A DNA stretch of 64,000 nucleotides from an uncultured Desulfovibrionales bacterium. Its GTDB lineage: Bacteria; Desulfobacterota; Desulfovibrionia; Desulfovibrionales; Desulfomicrobiaceae. Shown piece after piece: positions 8,850-17,579 of the stretch (position 1 is the stretch's first letter; the number at the start of each line of letters is the position of its first letter). Position numbers and translations under genes: made by a program. The stretch spans positions 442 through 64,441 of the forward strand of contig CAUTYU010000010.1 of the NCBI GenBank assembly GCA_963542765.1, written 5' to 3'. Below the pieces are notes generated by a model. It worked only from the letters and a program-made list of their open reading frames with translations. It had not been told where the DNA came from and did not search any database.

Positions 8850-11468
8850 CTAGATACGTTGTTGCTCATACTGCTCAAATACCTGCTGCATCGCTCGTTC
8901 AAGGGCGACAATCAGCTCGGACGACCTGCTCTCCAGCGCCTGCACGACACTGTCGACAATGCCGTTTTTATCGCCCGTCGTGCCCTCGACTTTGACCGAG
9001 GGAGAAAAGGACAAATTAACGGTTATGTTTTTTTCGTTCCGACTTCCTTTTTCAACATCCCTTTTTAAACCCTCTGGCAAGTCGTTAGGCGGACTTTGAT
9101 TTAAATTTGACATAAGACGCTGCGAAATACCCGACAAAAGAAATTTTGGCAGTTTAAAGGCGTTTTTAGCCCCTGCCGCTAAAACGGTTGCAAGTTGCCC
9201 GAGTCCTCCCCTTAATGTCCCTGCAAGTGTGGGGCTTCCTTTTTTTACGCCCACCGCCATTGTTTCCATGATTTTTTGACCGGAAAGTGTAAGTTGTGAA
9301 AGAGGACCCTCTTTTGCGTCCGAAAACGGCAAAAGCTGACGGAGTTTGCCAAGACCGCTTTTAACCGCTTTGTACGGTGCGGCTATACCGCTCAGTATTC
9401 CGTCCGCCAATGTTTTCATAAGTTTTATTCCCGATTCCGCCAGATTGAGCGATCCCAAAAAACCGGAAATCTTTTGTCCGATTTGAAAAAATCCCTTAAA
9501 CCATTCAATACCCGCACCGACCGCACTTACGACCTTATCCCAGTTTCGCCATAAAAGATATGCAGCCGCGGCTATGCCGACAATCGTCGCTCCTACGGGA
9601 TTCATAACCAGAGCCAAAAGCCCCTTGCTCAAAACTAACGCTGCCTTGCCTGCGAATAAAAGCCCTTTGCCCAAAAGTCCGGCAAGCGTTCCTAGCGGTG
9701 CAAGTCCTGCCGTAAGTCCGCTGCCGAGAAAACTCAATCCGGCAATTCCTGCTGCAAGTCCGCTAACGGCGGCGGCTACACCCGCGACAGTAACAACCAG
9801 CTTGGCAATGGCGGGGTGCTCTCTTGTAAACGAGGCAATACCTTTTGCTAACCCCGACACGATTTTTCCAATCGGAGCGAGGTCTTTTCCGATTGCTCCC
9901 GCACCCTCGATAAAAACAGACACCAGCTCCCGCCACGACTGCCGCAAATGGTCAACAAAGGTCAAAGATTCCGCAAATTGGGAATTTGCCCGTCCCGAAG
10001 AGCCGGATAAAATACCGTCTGCATTTTTAAGCCCCGTGCCCATCGCTGCAAGAACCTGAGCGGTCATATTTTCCGAACCCTGCGTGCCGAAAATTTGCTC
10101 TGTGATATTTTTGGCAGCCTGTGCATCCTGTTTTTGCAATTCAGCCGTTTTGACAAGAAGACTTGCCCACGCCTCGGATTTAAGCTCGTCATTACCTGTA
10201 AGTATTCCGTGTCTTAATCTTCCCGGTTCTGTTTTGATCTGTTCGCCGGCTTCTTGTAAATGGAATCGTTCCGTAATCTCATCGATTGTACCTTTTTTAT
10301 CGTCTTTGCCGACCAACAAATCCCATGCATTGACATCGGTAATTCGGGATTTAAATGCCTCTTTGATTGAACCGGCGATTTTATCAAAATTTATCGCTCC
10401 GGCGTTCGCTCCGCTGATAAGCATTGCGGAAAACTGTTTAGCACCGAGCCCGGCTTCTTTCATCGTCGGGGCGTACTGCCAAAAAGTGTTCAGCAAATCT
10501 CCCGCCTTATCACCTGCCTGTTCGGTTATGGTTGCGATAATATCAAGAGTTTCTTCGGCACTCAGTCCCCACGCCTTTTTTGCCTGTCCGGCTGCTTTGA
10601 CAATTTCGCCTGCGTCCATTTCGGGGTGAACGCTTGTAAAACGCATAATCGCCTTGGTCGCATCGGTTGCCTCTTTGCCGCTTAAACCGAGCTGCTGGAC
10701 AACAAGCTGTAGGGCGGGGGCGACCTCTTCGATTGATTTTCCAGTTTGCGTATAGATTTCGACAAGAGCGGGCTTCATGTCTTGCGCCTGCGAAAGCGTC
10801 AGTTTCGTTGTAGCTGCAAGTCTACGCAAGTGTGTTTCGTACCCGTACGCACTTTTTGCAAGAGATGTCGTGAATGCTCCCGCTCCCAAAGCTGCAACAC
10901 CTTTTGCAAGCCCGCCCATTTTAGATATTTTAGCCGCTTTTTTTTCAGCTTTACCGACCTTTTCAAGTCGGGATTCAAGCTTTTTGAGCTCAGCTTCCGT
11001 GTTTTTGACATTTATTCCGGTTTTGGCAAGACCGGCAGCCAGTTTTTTACCGGAAGCAAGACACTTGTTTTGCTCGGCTCCGACATCTTTAAGCTGATTT
11101 GTAAGCCCGTTTTCTTCTTTTTTAAGCCGAGCAATTTTAGACGCAAGTACAGCTGCCTGTTTTTTAGCTTTTGCTCCCTGTTTTCCGCCTGTGATTTGCA
11201 GTTTTTGTAACTTTTTTTCTCTTGCTTCCAACAATTTCTTTTGTTCGGAAATTTTTGCAAGACGCTCGGTCAATTCTTTTTGCTTTTTACCAAGTCCGGC
11301 AAGAGCTGCTTGAGATTGCCTGTACGCCTGCACATCTGCAATCGTTTGTTGCAAACTCTTTACCTGCGACTGAAAATCTTTTGTTTTCGCCTCAATCTTT
11401 TGTATCTGACCGGAGTATATATCTTTTACTCCGACAGCAAGCTGAATAGCGAAATTGTCTTGACTCAT
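8850..11468 (-). CDS. tail tape measure protein
   Basis: 872 aa. The N-terminus is a coiled coil rich in K, A, Q and E, the C-terminal half has hydrophobic Gly/Ala-rich segments, and it lies directly downstream of the gpE/E' chaperone gene. Confidence 0.85.
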   Translation of the reverse strand: MSQDNFAIQLAVGVKDIYSGQIQKIEAKTKDFQSQVKSLQQTIADVQAYRQSQAALAGLGKKQKELTERLAKISEQKKLLEAREKKLQKLQITGGKQGAKAKKQAAVLASKIARLKKEENGLTNQLKDVGAEQNKCLASGKKLAAGLAKTGINVKNTEAELKKLESRLEKVGKAEKKAAKISKMGGLAKGVAALGAGAFTTSLAKSAYGYETHLRRLAATTKLTLSQAQDMKPALVEIYTQTGKSIEEVAPALQLVVQQLGLSGKEATDATKAIMRFTSVHPEMDAGEIVKAAGQAKKAWGLSAEETLDIIATITEQAGDKAGDLLNTFWQYAPTMKEAGLGAKQFSAMLISGANAGAINFDKIAGSIKEAFKSRITDVNAWDLLVGKDDKKGTIDEITERFHLQEAGEQIKTEPGRLRHGILTGNDELKSEAWASLLVKTAELQKQDAQAAKNITEQIFGTQGSENMTAQVLAAMGTGLKNADGILSGSSGRANSQFAESLTFVDHLRQSWRELVSVFIEGAGAIGKDLAPIGKIVSGLAKGIASFTREHPAIAKLVVTVAGVAAAVSGLAAGIAGLSFLGSGLTAGLAPLGTLAGLLGKGLLFAGKAALVLSKGLLALVMNPVGATIVGIAAAAYLLWRNWDKVVSAVGAGIEWFKGFFQIGQKISGFLGSLNLAESGIKLMKTLADGILSGIAAPYKAVKSGLGKLRQLLPFSDAKEGPLSQLTLSGQKIMETMAVGVKKGSPTLAGTLRGGLGQLATVLAAGAKNAFKLPKFLLSGISQRLMSNLNQSPPNDLPEGLKRDVEKGSRNEKNITVNLSFSPSVKVEGTTGDKNGIVDSVVQALESRSSELIVALERAMQQVFEQYEQQRI

Positions 11469-11482
11469 TTTTCTTGCCTTTT

Positions 11483-11904
11483 TTAGCTATCTTGTGATTT
11501 AAAATGTTCAATTAGAGCTTGAGCGGCAAAGATAAATTCTTCCGGCTCAAGAACGGCTAAATCTCTTGCTGATTGTCCGTTTGCGAGTAGGAAACCGTAG
11601 ATTCGTCTAAATCCGGTTTCCTCCCAGCGAAAAAATCAGTGCCGGGCATTTCCTCAAAAATACTCATAAAATCTTCGTAATCCAAACTCTCCGCCAAAAT
11701 ATCGGCAGCGATGCGGATTTTTTCTTTCCCGAAAACGCAGATTTGGGACAAAATACCAAGCAAAATGCTCTCTCCCTCCGTCTCTCCGAAAATCTCTTTT
11801 GCTAAGCGGGCTGCAAAAATCCTGTCTTTTACTTTGGGGCGACGAATAAATTCCACGCAGTCAATCGTTTTACCGTCGTGTTGAAAAGAGTGTTTAAGTT
11901 TCAT
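11483..11904 (-). CDS. predicted -1 frameshift product of the tail assembly chaperone (gpE+E'-like, about 140 aa)
   Basis: After a -1 slip at GAU_UUU_UUC the reading frame continues RWEETGFRRIYGFLLANGQSARDLAVLEPEEFIFAAQALIEHFKSQDS*. It stops at 11483, 14 nt before the tape measure ATG (11468). This matches the conserved gpE/E' and lambda G/GT architecture. Confidence 0.55.
11557..11904 (-). CDS. tail assembly chaperone (P2 gpE-like), zero-frame product
   Basis: 115 aa, immediately upstream of the tape measure gene. It contains an in-frame slippery heptamer T_TTT_TTC at 11629..11635 (minus strand). Confidence 0.7.
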   Translation of the reverse strand: MKLKHSFQHDGKTIDCVEFIRRPKVKDRIFAARLAKEIFGETEGESILLGILSQICVFGKEKIRIAADILAESLDYEDFMSIFEEMPGTDFFAGRKPDLDESTVSYSQTDNQQEI

Positions 11905-11924
11905 TTTTTTTCTCCTTGTTTTTT

Positions 11925-12281
11925 TTAAGATATATGCTCAGAATTAAAATTAAGCAGTACCGTATGCGTTGAGCTGTTTGCTCGCATTTGAAAATCAATT
12001 AAGACATCGATTTTACCCAAAAAGTCCGTATCAAGTTCCGGCGTAACCGCCAAAACCGTGATTCTCGGTTCGTATTTTTTAAGTGCCAGCGTTACATCGC
12101 GAACAATAAACGGAATGCGTGCGAACGAACCGTCGATATAATCCCACACCGCACAGCCGAAATCGGGGTCATGAATTTTTTCTCCTTTTCTGGTAAGAAG
12201 TATAATACGGATACTTTCAAAAATCTCTTCAAGTTCGGTTTCGTTTCGTCCGTATTTATTTAGTGCCAATGAATAATGCAT
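11925..12281 (-). CDS. baseplate assembly protein W (GPW/gp25 family)
   Basis: 118 aa. IFESIRIILLTRKGEKIHDPDFGCAVWDYI matches the gp25/GPW motif (I...L.T..GER...P.FG). Confidence 0.85.
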   Translation of the reverse strand: MHYSLALNKYGRNETELEEIFESIRIILLTRKGEKIHDPDFGCAVWDYIDGSFARIPFIVRDVTLALKKYEPRITVLAVTPELDTDFLGKIDVLIDFQMRANSSTHTVLLNFNSEHIS

Positions 12282-12284
12282 TTT

Positions 12285-13088
12285 TTACAGCCCCGGATGC
12301 GTGTGTTTGTTGTCGCTGGCGGCACTTGCAAATACCGTCACGGCGGTAATGCCTCCGCCAACGCTCACATTGCCGCTTATGTTCAGATTGCCTTTCAGTT
12401 CCATATCGCCGCTAAATTTTGCCGACCCTGTGCCTCCGCCGGCAGGCGGAGTTGCAGCAAGTGCACCGGCTATGGTTACCGCTCCGCCTAATGTTATTGT
12501 TGGAGCATTTAAAACTATTCCCGCCCCCGCGGTAACGGAAGCCCCTTTGCTTACGGTTGCCTGTAAACTGTCCGCCTGAGCCGTAATATTGGCTCCTGTT
12601 GCCGAGATATCGCCGCCGGCGGTAATTATTGCATTTGCCTCCGTACTCACCGAAACGTCGCCGCTGGCGGCAATTTCGGCATTTCCCGCCACGCTTGCAC
12701 TTAAAATATGAGACGAGCGGTCGTATTCAAGCCGTGTGCCGTCGGAAAAATTTATTTGTGCTTTATTCGCATTAGCAACCGGTACGGGATCTTGAGCATT
12801 ATATGTTCCACCGAGAACAACACCGTTTTCCATACCGCCGACAGGCGGAAAAATAACGACAACCTGCATTCCCATATCCGGCATTTGATAGATTTGATTA
12901 CCAAAAGTCGAATGATGCATAACGGGCAGCCAGCTTGACACGACATTGTCTTTGTCGGGAAAAACTACTCGCACTCTCGCCGTTTGAGGGTCAATATCGC
13001 AGACTTCGCCCCAGCAGATCACTCGTGAAAGACGAGATTCAATATCGGCAAGTTGTCTTTCCAAATTTAAAATTCGGGTAATAAACAT
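12285..13088 (-). CDS. baseplate spike/assembly protein V (P2 gpV / Mu gp45-like)
   Basis: 267 aa. It has an N-terminal OB-fold-like region (GEVCDIDPQTARVRVVF...WLPV), a Gly/Ala/Ser/Thr-rich beta-helix-like repeat region and a C-terminal KHTHPG (HxH) apex motif. Confidence 0.85.
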   Translation of the reverse strand: MFITRILNLERQLADIESRLSRVICWGEVCDIDPQTARVRVVFPDKDNVVSSWLPVMHHSTFGNQIYQMPDMGMQVVVIFPPVGGMENGVVLGGTYNAQDPVPVANANKAQINFSDGTRLEYDRSSHILSASVAGNAEIAASGDVSVSTEANAIITAGGDISATGANITAQADSLQATVSKGASVTAGAGIVLNAPTITLGGAVTIAGALAATPPAGGGTGSAKFSGDMELKGNLNISGNVSVGGGITAVTVFASAASDNKHTHPGL

Positions 13089-13106
13089 AACAATCCTTAT
13101 AAATTT

Positions 13107-14573
13107 TCAATTCAAAAAAAAATGTCGGACAGTTCGTTCAAGTCTGTCCGCAAAGCTCATTTTAAAAGTTTGTGCAATCGGAGTTCCGCCGACAAAACGG
13201 CTTTCAAAGGCGGAGACGGCATACGCCAAAGCATCGGGCAAGTCGTCGTGTCCGCCGAAAGGAAACTCCAAAAATTGGCGGATTAGGAGTGTTTGGCTTT
13301 TATGAAAACGCAAAATGCCGTTTTCGACCAGCGGCGAAATCGCTCCGATGCGGATTTCTTTTGAAGCCGTAGGTTTTACCCCTCGAAGCGGCAGGCTGAG
13401 TCCTTGTTTGCTCGCCAGTTGGGCGACAGAGCTTTTGTATACCGCTTGAAAGACCAAATCTTCAAATAAAATCACGCGCGGGCGAAACTGCAGGTACAGT
13501 TCAATGATTTTAAAGCCCAAGCCTGAAACACTGAGCCTTTCTCCGCTCGCTGCCAAAACATAAACAACACCAGTGCTTTTGTCTTTTCCCAGTACAACAA
13601 GCCCTTGATAATCGCCTGTTTTCTTGCCCGTTGACGGGTCAACCGCCATAACAACATCAAGTTTTGCCGGCAGTTGATGGCGTTCGTAAAATTCAAGCCA
13701 CTCTTCTTTAAAAACTCTGTCCTCGCTTGCCATCGGCTCGTTCATATATTCTGAAGCAAAAGCAGCCGAGCCGATTTCACGCCGTTTTTCTTCGAGCTTT
13801 TCCTTCGTCCAGTACGTAGACCAAAGCGGATTGCCGTCCGGCAAAAGTGCCTGAAACTTCCGCACGAACCAACCCGAATCATTTGCGAACTCGTCCAAAA
13901 AACGTTTTAAGACAGAATCGTAATGTAAGATTGTGCCGATATAAAAGATTTTTGTGTCCCGTCCCAATGGAAAAACAACTCGCCTGATCCAACGATCAAG
14001 TTTTTGTCGCATCACGGCGGAATTGGCAACGACATCTTTTTCAAGGTCGTCCATAATTACCAGCGAGGGGCGTTTTCCCCGCCGCAAAAGTCCGCGCATT
14101 GAAGCAGCGGAACCTTTGGCTACAATGGTTGCACCGCTTTTCAAAACAAGCGAGTCCTGCCGCCAAATATCGGTTTTTTGTTCGCCAAAATCTTCAAGAA
14201 GCAGTTCGTTGACTTCAAGCTCCTGCTTGATGTTTGCCAGCTGATCGCTTGCCATAACGGCAGAAGAGGCAATGACGACAATGAACTTTTCCCGACCAGT
14301 CAAAAGTGCCCACAAAGAATAACCGACAAAAACAAGCGAGGTTTTGCCGTGTCCTCTGGGGGCTGCCAGAACTATCTTTTGCCTGTTCTTGGAGTTAAGG
14401 CAGGTAATAACTTCCTTATGAAAAGAGCAAAAATCGGACGGAAAAATATGCGGCAAATAGGTTTTGCAAAAAAAGAAAAAATCGTCTCTTGCTTTTGTAA
14501 CTCGCTCCAATCGTTCGGGACTTGCTCCCCGCGGCAAATGTTTTGCCAACTCCAGTAAAATCGAATTTTCCAT
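13107..14573 (-). CDS. terminase large subunit
   Basis: 488 aa. Walker A is LAAPRGHGKTS and Walker B is SLVIMDDLEKD. The C-terminal nuclease-like region includes AVDPS. It sits directly after the TerS-like gene. Confidence 0.9.
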   Translation of the reverse strand: MENSILLELAKHLPRGASPERLERVTKARDDFFFFCKTYLPHIFPSDFCSFHKEVITCLNSKNRQKIVLAAPRGHGKTSLVFVGYSLWALLTGREKFIVVIASSAVMASDQLANIKQELEVNELLLEDFGEQKTDIWRQDSLVLKSGATIVAKGSAASMRGLLRRGKRPSLVIMDDLEKDVVANSAVMRQKLDRWIRRVVFPLGRDTKIFYIGTILHYDSVLKRFLDEFANDSGWFVRKFQALLPDGNPLWSTYWTKEKLEEKRREIGSAAFASEYMNEPMASEDRVFKEEWLEFYERHQLPAKLDVVMAVDPSTGKKTGDYQGLVVLGKDKSTGVVYVLAASGERLSVSGLGFKIIELYLQFRPRVILFEDLVFQAVYKSSVAQLASKQGLSLPLRGVKPTASKEIRIGAISPLVENGILRFHKSQTLLIRQFLEFPFGGHDDLPDALAYAVSAFESRFVGGTPIAQTFKMSFADRLERTVRHFFLN

Positions 14574-14574
14574 A

Positions 14575-15093
14575 TTATTTGAGATTTATTTGCCTGATTT
14601 TATCCAAAATCCTTTTTTGCAACTCTTCATCGTCGGCTAGTATCTGTCCTATTTCTTTCAAAATGACCTCTTTTGCCTGTTCAAAGCCTTTTTGATACTC
14701 AAGCCTCAGCCGACCCATTGCAACCTGTGTATGGCTGATTTTGGCTAAAACATCGGCAAATTTCGCGGGGTCTTCAAACTCGACAAACTCAAGCTCTTTG
14801 GCGAACTCAAAAAGGCGGTGTGCGAGAAGTGAGGTTGTTGTCTCCAAGACATCGGTATTGGGGCTATTTTTGACCGCTTCAATTAAGAGTTTTGCCTCTT
14901 CAAGCGATTGCTTGTACTGGGCTGCGACTTCTTTGTAGTTTTTCAGGCTGCGGTGAATCCCGCTGCAAGAAACATCGTAGCCTTCGGCTCTGAGCCTATC
15001 TTCGATTTCTTTGATAGACAGTTTTTCTTTTTCGTATAAACGAACAACTTCTTCCAGCAGCCCGTATAATTCCACTTTCGACCGTTTTGCCAT
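14575..15093 (-). CDS. terminase small subunit, Mu gp27-like (DUF3486)
   Basis: 172 aa. The N-terminus MAKRSKVELYGL...LSIKEIEDRLRAEGYDVSCSGIHRSLKNY matches the DUF3486 pattern (RRSKIDxLP ... S.S...RY). It ends 1 nt before the TerL start. Confidence 0.6.
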   Translation of the reverse strand: MAKRSKVELYGLLEEVVRLYEKEKLSIKEIEDRLRAEGYDVSCSGIHRSLKNYKEVAAQYKQSLEEAKLLIEAVKNSPNTDVLETTTSLLAHRLFEFAKELEFVEFEDPAKFADVLAKISHTQVAMGRLRLEYQKGFEQAKEVILKEIGQILADDEELQKRILDKIRQINLK

Positions 15094-15096
15094 TTC

Positions 15097-15390
15097 TTAT
15101 CCTTTTTTTAAATTGTCGATTTGCCCTTTAAAATAGGCAAAATCGCTGCGAAACTCGCTTAAAGTCCTTTCAAGCGACTGCACTTCTTTTCTCCATTCGG
15201 CAATACCTTTGTAAAACTCCGAGCGGGTGATTTTTTCTTTTTCCATGACAACAACTTGCTCACGCAATGACGCTTGGTCTTTTGTTATTATTTTTAGTGT
15301 TTTTTCCAGTCGCAAAATAGAATACGCAAGCACGCTTGCAACTGCCAACCAACCACCGTTTGCGACCATTGAAAGTAGTTTTAAATCCAT
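15097..15390 (-). CDS. membrane-anchored coiled-coil protein, possible spanin/lysis accessory
   Basis: 97 aa with an N-terminal TM helix (GGWLAVASVLAYSIL) followed by a coiled coil. Its start overlaps the holin stop (TAATG). Confidence 0.4.
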   Translation of the reverse strand: MDLKLLSMVANGGWLAVASVLAYSILRLEKTLKIITKDQASLREQVVVMEKEKITRSEFYKGIAEWRKEVQSLERTLSEFRSDFAYFKGQIDNLKKG

Positions 15391-15815
15391 TATTTCTTAT
15401 CTCCTTTTAAAGCTGCACTAACGCTCGGAATAATCTTTTCAACGCTTCGCCCGACGACATATCCGCCGACACCGACTTCTAACAAACTCCACATCGCAGG
15501 CGGAATTTCGACGCTCGGCAGGCTGAAAAGCGGAACTAAAATATAATTGTGAGCCACAATATAAGTGAAGGTGAGCATTAAAATCGGTCTCCAATTCCGC
15601 TGAAGCCACGATTCGCCTTTGATTTCAGCCGTAAGTGTTTGAGCCTGTGCGTTGAGTTCCGCTTGAATCCGCTCGGCATTTTTTAAAACCCAAGTTATCT
15701 GAAATTCATTTTTTAGCCGATTAGCGAGGTCTTTATCTTCGACTGCTTGGTCAATCCAGGTTCCGATACTGTCAACAATTTTGCCTAAAATCGGCACCGA
15801 TGAAAAAACCGGCAT
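15390..15815 (-). CDS. holin, 3-TM 'GTA-release' type (PF11351-like)
   Basis: 141 aa. It has an amphipathic N-terminal coiled region, then ESWLQRNWRPILMLTFTYIV (the WRP motif) and C-terminal TM segments, resembling the Holin_3TM family. Confidence 0.6.
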   Translation of the reverse strand: MPVFSSVPILGKIVDSIGTWIDQAVEDKDLANRLKNEFQITWVLKNAERIQAELNAQAQTLTAEIKGESWLQRNWRPILMLTFTYIVAHNYILVPLFSLPSVEIPPAMWSLLEVGVGGYVVGRSVEKIIPSVSAALKGDKK

Positions 15816-15933
15816 TTTGCCTCCGTTATTTTTTCAAAATTTCTTTTATAAAATCGCAAATATCATCAAACAAAAGCAAAACAAGCAGTACATAAAAGCA
15901 AAGAAAAAAGTATTCCATTTTTGCTTCTTCGTT

Positions 15934-16371
15934 TTAGCGAACTTCTAAAATCGGACATTCTATACCCTCAAGCCGATTCATAATCAGCTCGAAAGCCTGT
16001 CTTGAATGTAAAACCGCAGGCACACCGTCGATTTCGCCGAGTCGCATGCCGGGCGCAATGCAGCCGTTTAGTTCATTTGCAAGATTCGCAGGGTGAATCA
16101 TAACAAATGACCGACCGGGAACTCCCGTAACCTCATAACCCTGCGAGCGTTCGCCCTTTGTGATTCTCGTAATAAGTGGTGAATTACGAAGTTTGAGCCT
16201 GTATTCACCGGCGGGAATACAGCTGACATCGGGCTCGTTGTTGAGCCACGGGCGTTCTACAGTATAAAGCATCGGCAACCCCTCAATATACAGCGCTCCG
16301 AAAGTGCCGTTTTCCGTGCTTCTTGTTCTTTGTAAATGTAAAATCAATTTTTCTTCCATAAAAACCTCCAT
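15934..16371 (-). CDS. DUF5675-like protein, putative peptidoglycan hydrolase (endolysin candidate)
   Basis: 145 aa. Motifs are GTFGALYIEG, SCIPAGEY, FVMIHPAN and NGCIAPG. It is the first gene of the lysis-terminase operon. The endolysin role is inferred from position only. Confidence 0.45.
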   Translation of the reverse strand: MEVFMEEKLILHLQRTRSTENGTFGALYIEGLPMLYTVERPWLNNEPDVSCIPAGEYRLKLRNSPLITRITKGERSQGYEVTGVPGRSFVMIHPANLANELNGCIAPGMRLGEIDGVPAVLHSRQAFELIMNRLEGIECPILEVR

Positions 16372-16396
16372 AAAAGCGAAGATAAAAAAAACAAAG

Positions 16397-16416
16397 CAGG
16401 CTTTGCCTTAAAAGAC
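16397..16416 (+). promoter_or_regulatory. candidate late-promoter/activator motif CAGGCTTTGCCTTAAAAGAC (partner at 999..1016)
   Basis: Lies in the divergent intergenic region between the lysis operon (-) and the G-like gene (+). Confidence 0.3.
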
Positions 16417-16423
16417 AAAAAGA

Positions 16424-16431
16424 GGGGGGGG
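16424..16431. repeat. G8 homopolymer tract in the divergent late intergenic region
   Basis: Direct reading gives agaGGGGGGGGacg, 20 nt upstream of the ATG at 16451. Confidence 0.9.
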
Positions 16432-16450
16432 ACGTAGATAAATAAAAATC

Positions 16451-17047
16451 ATGGAAAAATTTTTACGCCGTTTGCACGAAATAAAAGTTAGAGCCGACCG
16501 CACTCCGGAAGACATCGCCCCGTTTATTGTGGCAATGGTTCAAGAAAATATCAGCAATATGACGGGACCGCCCAATTCGCCCCTGACAAAAACGCTCAAA
16601 GGCGACAAAGGACCTTTAAAAGATACGGGAGTGCTGCGAGCAAGTTTAAGTTTTGTTGTGAGCGAACAAACAATAACGGTCGGTACAATGCTTCCATACG
16701 CACCGATTTTGCATTTTGGCGGAGTAAAAAAAGCGAAAAAAGCAAAAAAGTTGGCTATCCCGCTCACTAAGAAAATAAAAAAATGGACGGATGTAAAAGG
16801 TGTAAAAGGCTTTTTACAAATGCTTGAGTCGCAAGGCTGGAAAATCTTTTTTACCAAAAAAGCCATCGTCGGAACGCCCCCCGCAGGCGGGCAGAAATAC
16901 GGACTGACAATGAAAGGAAACAAAAAGTCTCAACTTCTTTTCGTGCGTAAAAAGTCTGTTAAAATCCCACGCAGACCGTATATGCGGCTTACGAAAAAAC
17001 AGGCGGACGAACTGAAAAAAACCGTTTTGGAAAATCTGATAAAATAG
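16451..17047 (+). CDS. virion morphogenesis / tail completion protein (Mu G / P2 gpS family)
   Basis: 198 aa. SPLTKTLKGDKGPLKDTGVLRASLSF...VGTMLPYAPILHFGG matches the Phage_tail_S pattern. It has a lysine-rich C-terminal extension. Confidence 0.75.
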   Translation: MEKFLRRLHEIKVRADRTPEDIAPFIVAMVQENISNMTGPPNSPLTKTLKGDKGPLKDTGVLRASLSFVVSEQTITVGTMLPYAPILHFGGVKKAKKAKKLAIPLTKKIKKWTDVKGVKGFLQMLESQGWKIFFTKKAIVGTPPAGGQKYGLTMKGNKKSQLLFVRKKSVKIPRRPYMRLTKKQADELKKTVLENLIK

Positions 17048-17105
17048 GCAATTTCGATTCCTGAGCGGAGCTGAAATCCTACAACAACTATTAAAGGAAC
17101 TTTTT

Positions 17106-17579
17106 ATGCAACATCTTGAACAAATCAAAGCCTTTACAGCTCAAAAAATGGGGATAACCGTTATCTTGGAACCGACAAAGATACTCGGCACAAAAGAAAT
17201 CCGTATCGCGGCAAACTCTTTGCGTTTAACTCCCGCCGAGAAACTTAATGAAAACCAGACCTACTTAATCGATATTCCTCTTATTTTTTCTTTGCGAGTC
17301 GCAGGCGGGAACGAGTCCGGAGCGTTTACCCGTGAATGTCTTGCTCTGGCGGTCAAATTTTCTTTGTTTTGGGAAAAAAACGCCCAAGCAGTATTTACAT
17401 CTCAAGATGAGCAAATCGCAGGGATGACCGTTTCCGGAAAGAGCGTTTTACACAATCCTCAAAAAGAAAAGGGAGAATTTTACCAGCTGGACGGCGAAGA
17501 GCGGGACGGAAAACTGTTTTTATACCGTGAAGATTGGACGGCAACTTTAACCGTACAGGTTGTGGCGGAGGGCGTATGA
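17106..17579 (+). CDS. hypothetical phage protein, possibly Mu gp37-like tail/neck protein
   Basis: 157 aa. It is coupled to the next gene by an ATGA overlap. The assignment is by position only. Confidence 0.35.
   Translation: MQHLEQIKAFTAQKMGITVILEPTKILGTKEIRIAANSLRLTPAEKLNENQTYLIDIPLIFSLRVAGGNESGAFTRECLALAVKFSLFWEKNAQAVFTSQDEQIAGMTVSGKSVLHNPQKEKGEFYQLDGEERDGKLFLYREDWTATLTVQVVAEGV

Noticed and set aside
9574-11210. Long plus-strand ORFs (161, 181, 154 and 106 aa) inside the tape measure gene
   Set aside because: They are antisense to a well-supported 872-aa gene. Their Ser/Pro/Ala/Cys-rich, low-complexity composition is typical of shadow ORFs opposite Ala/Gly/Lys-rich coding sequence. They have no SD or operon logic.
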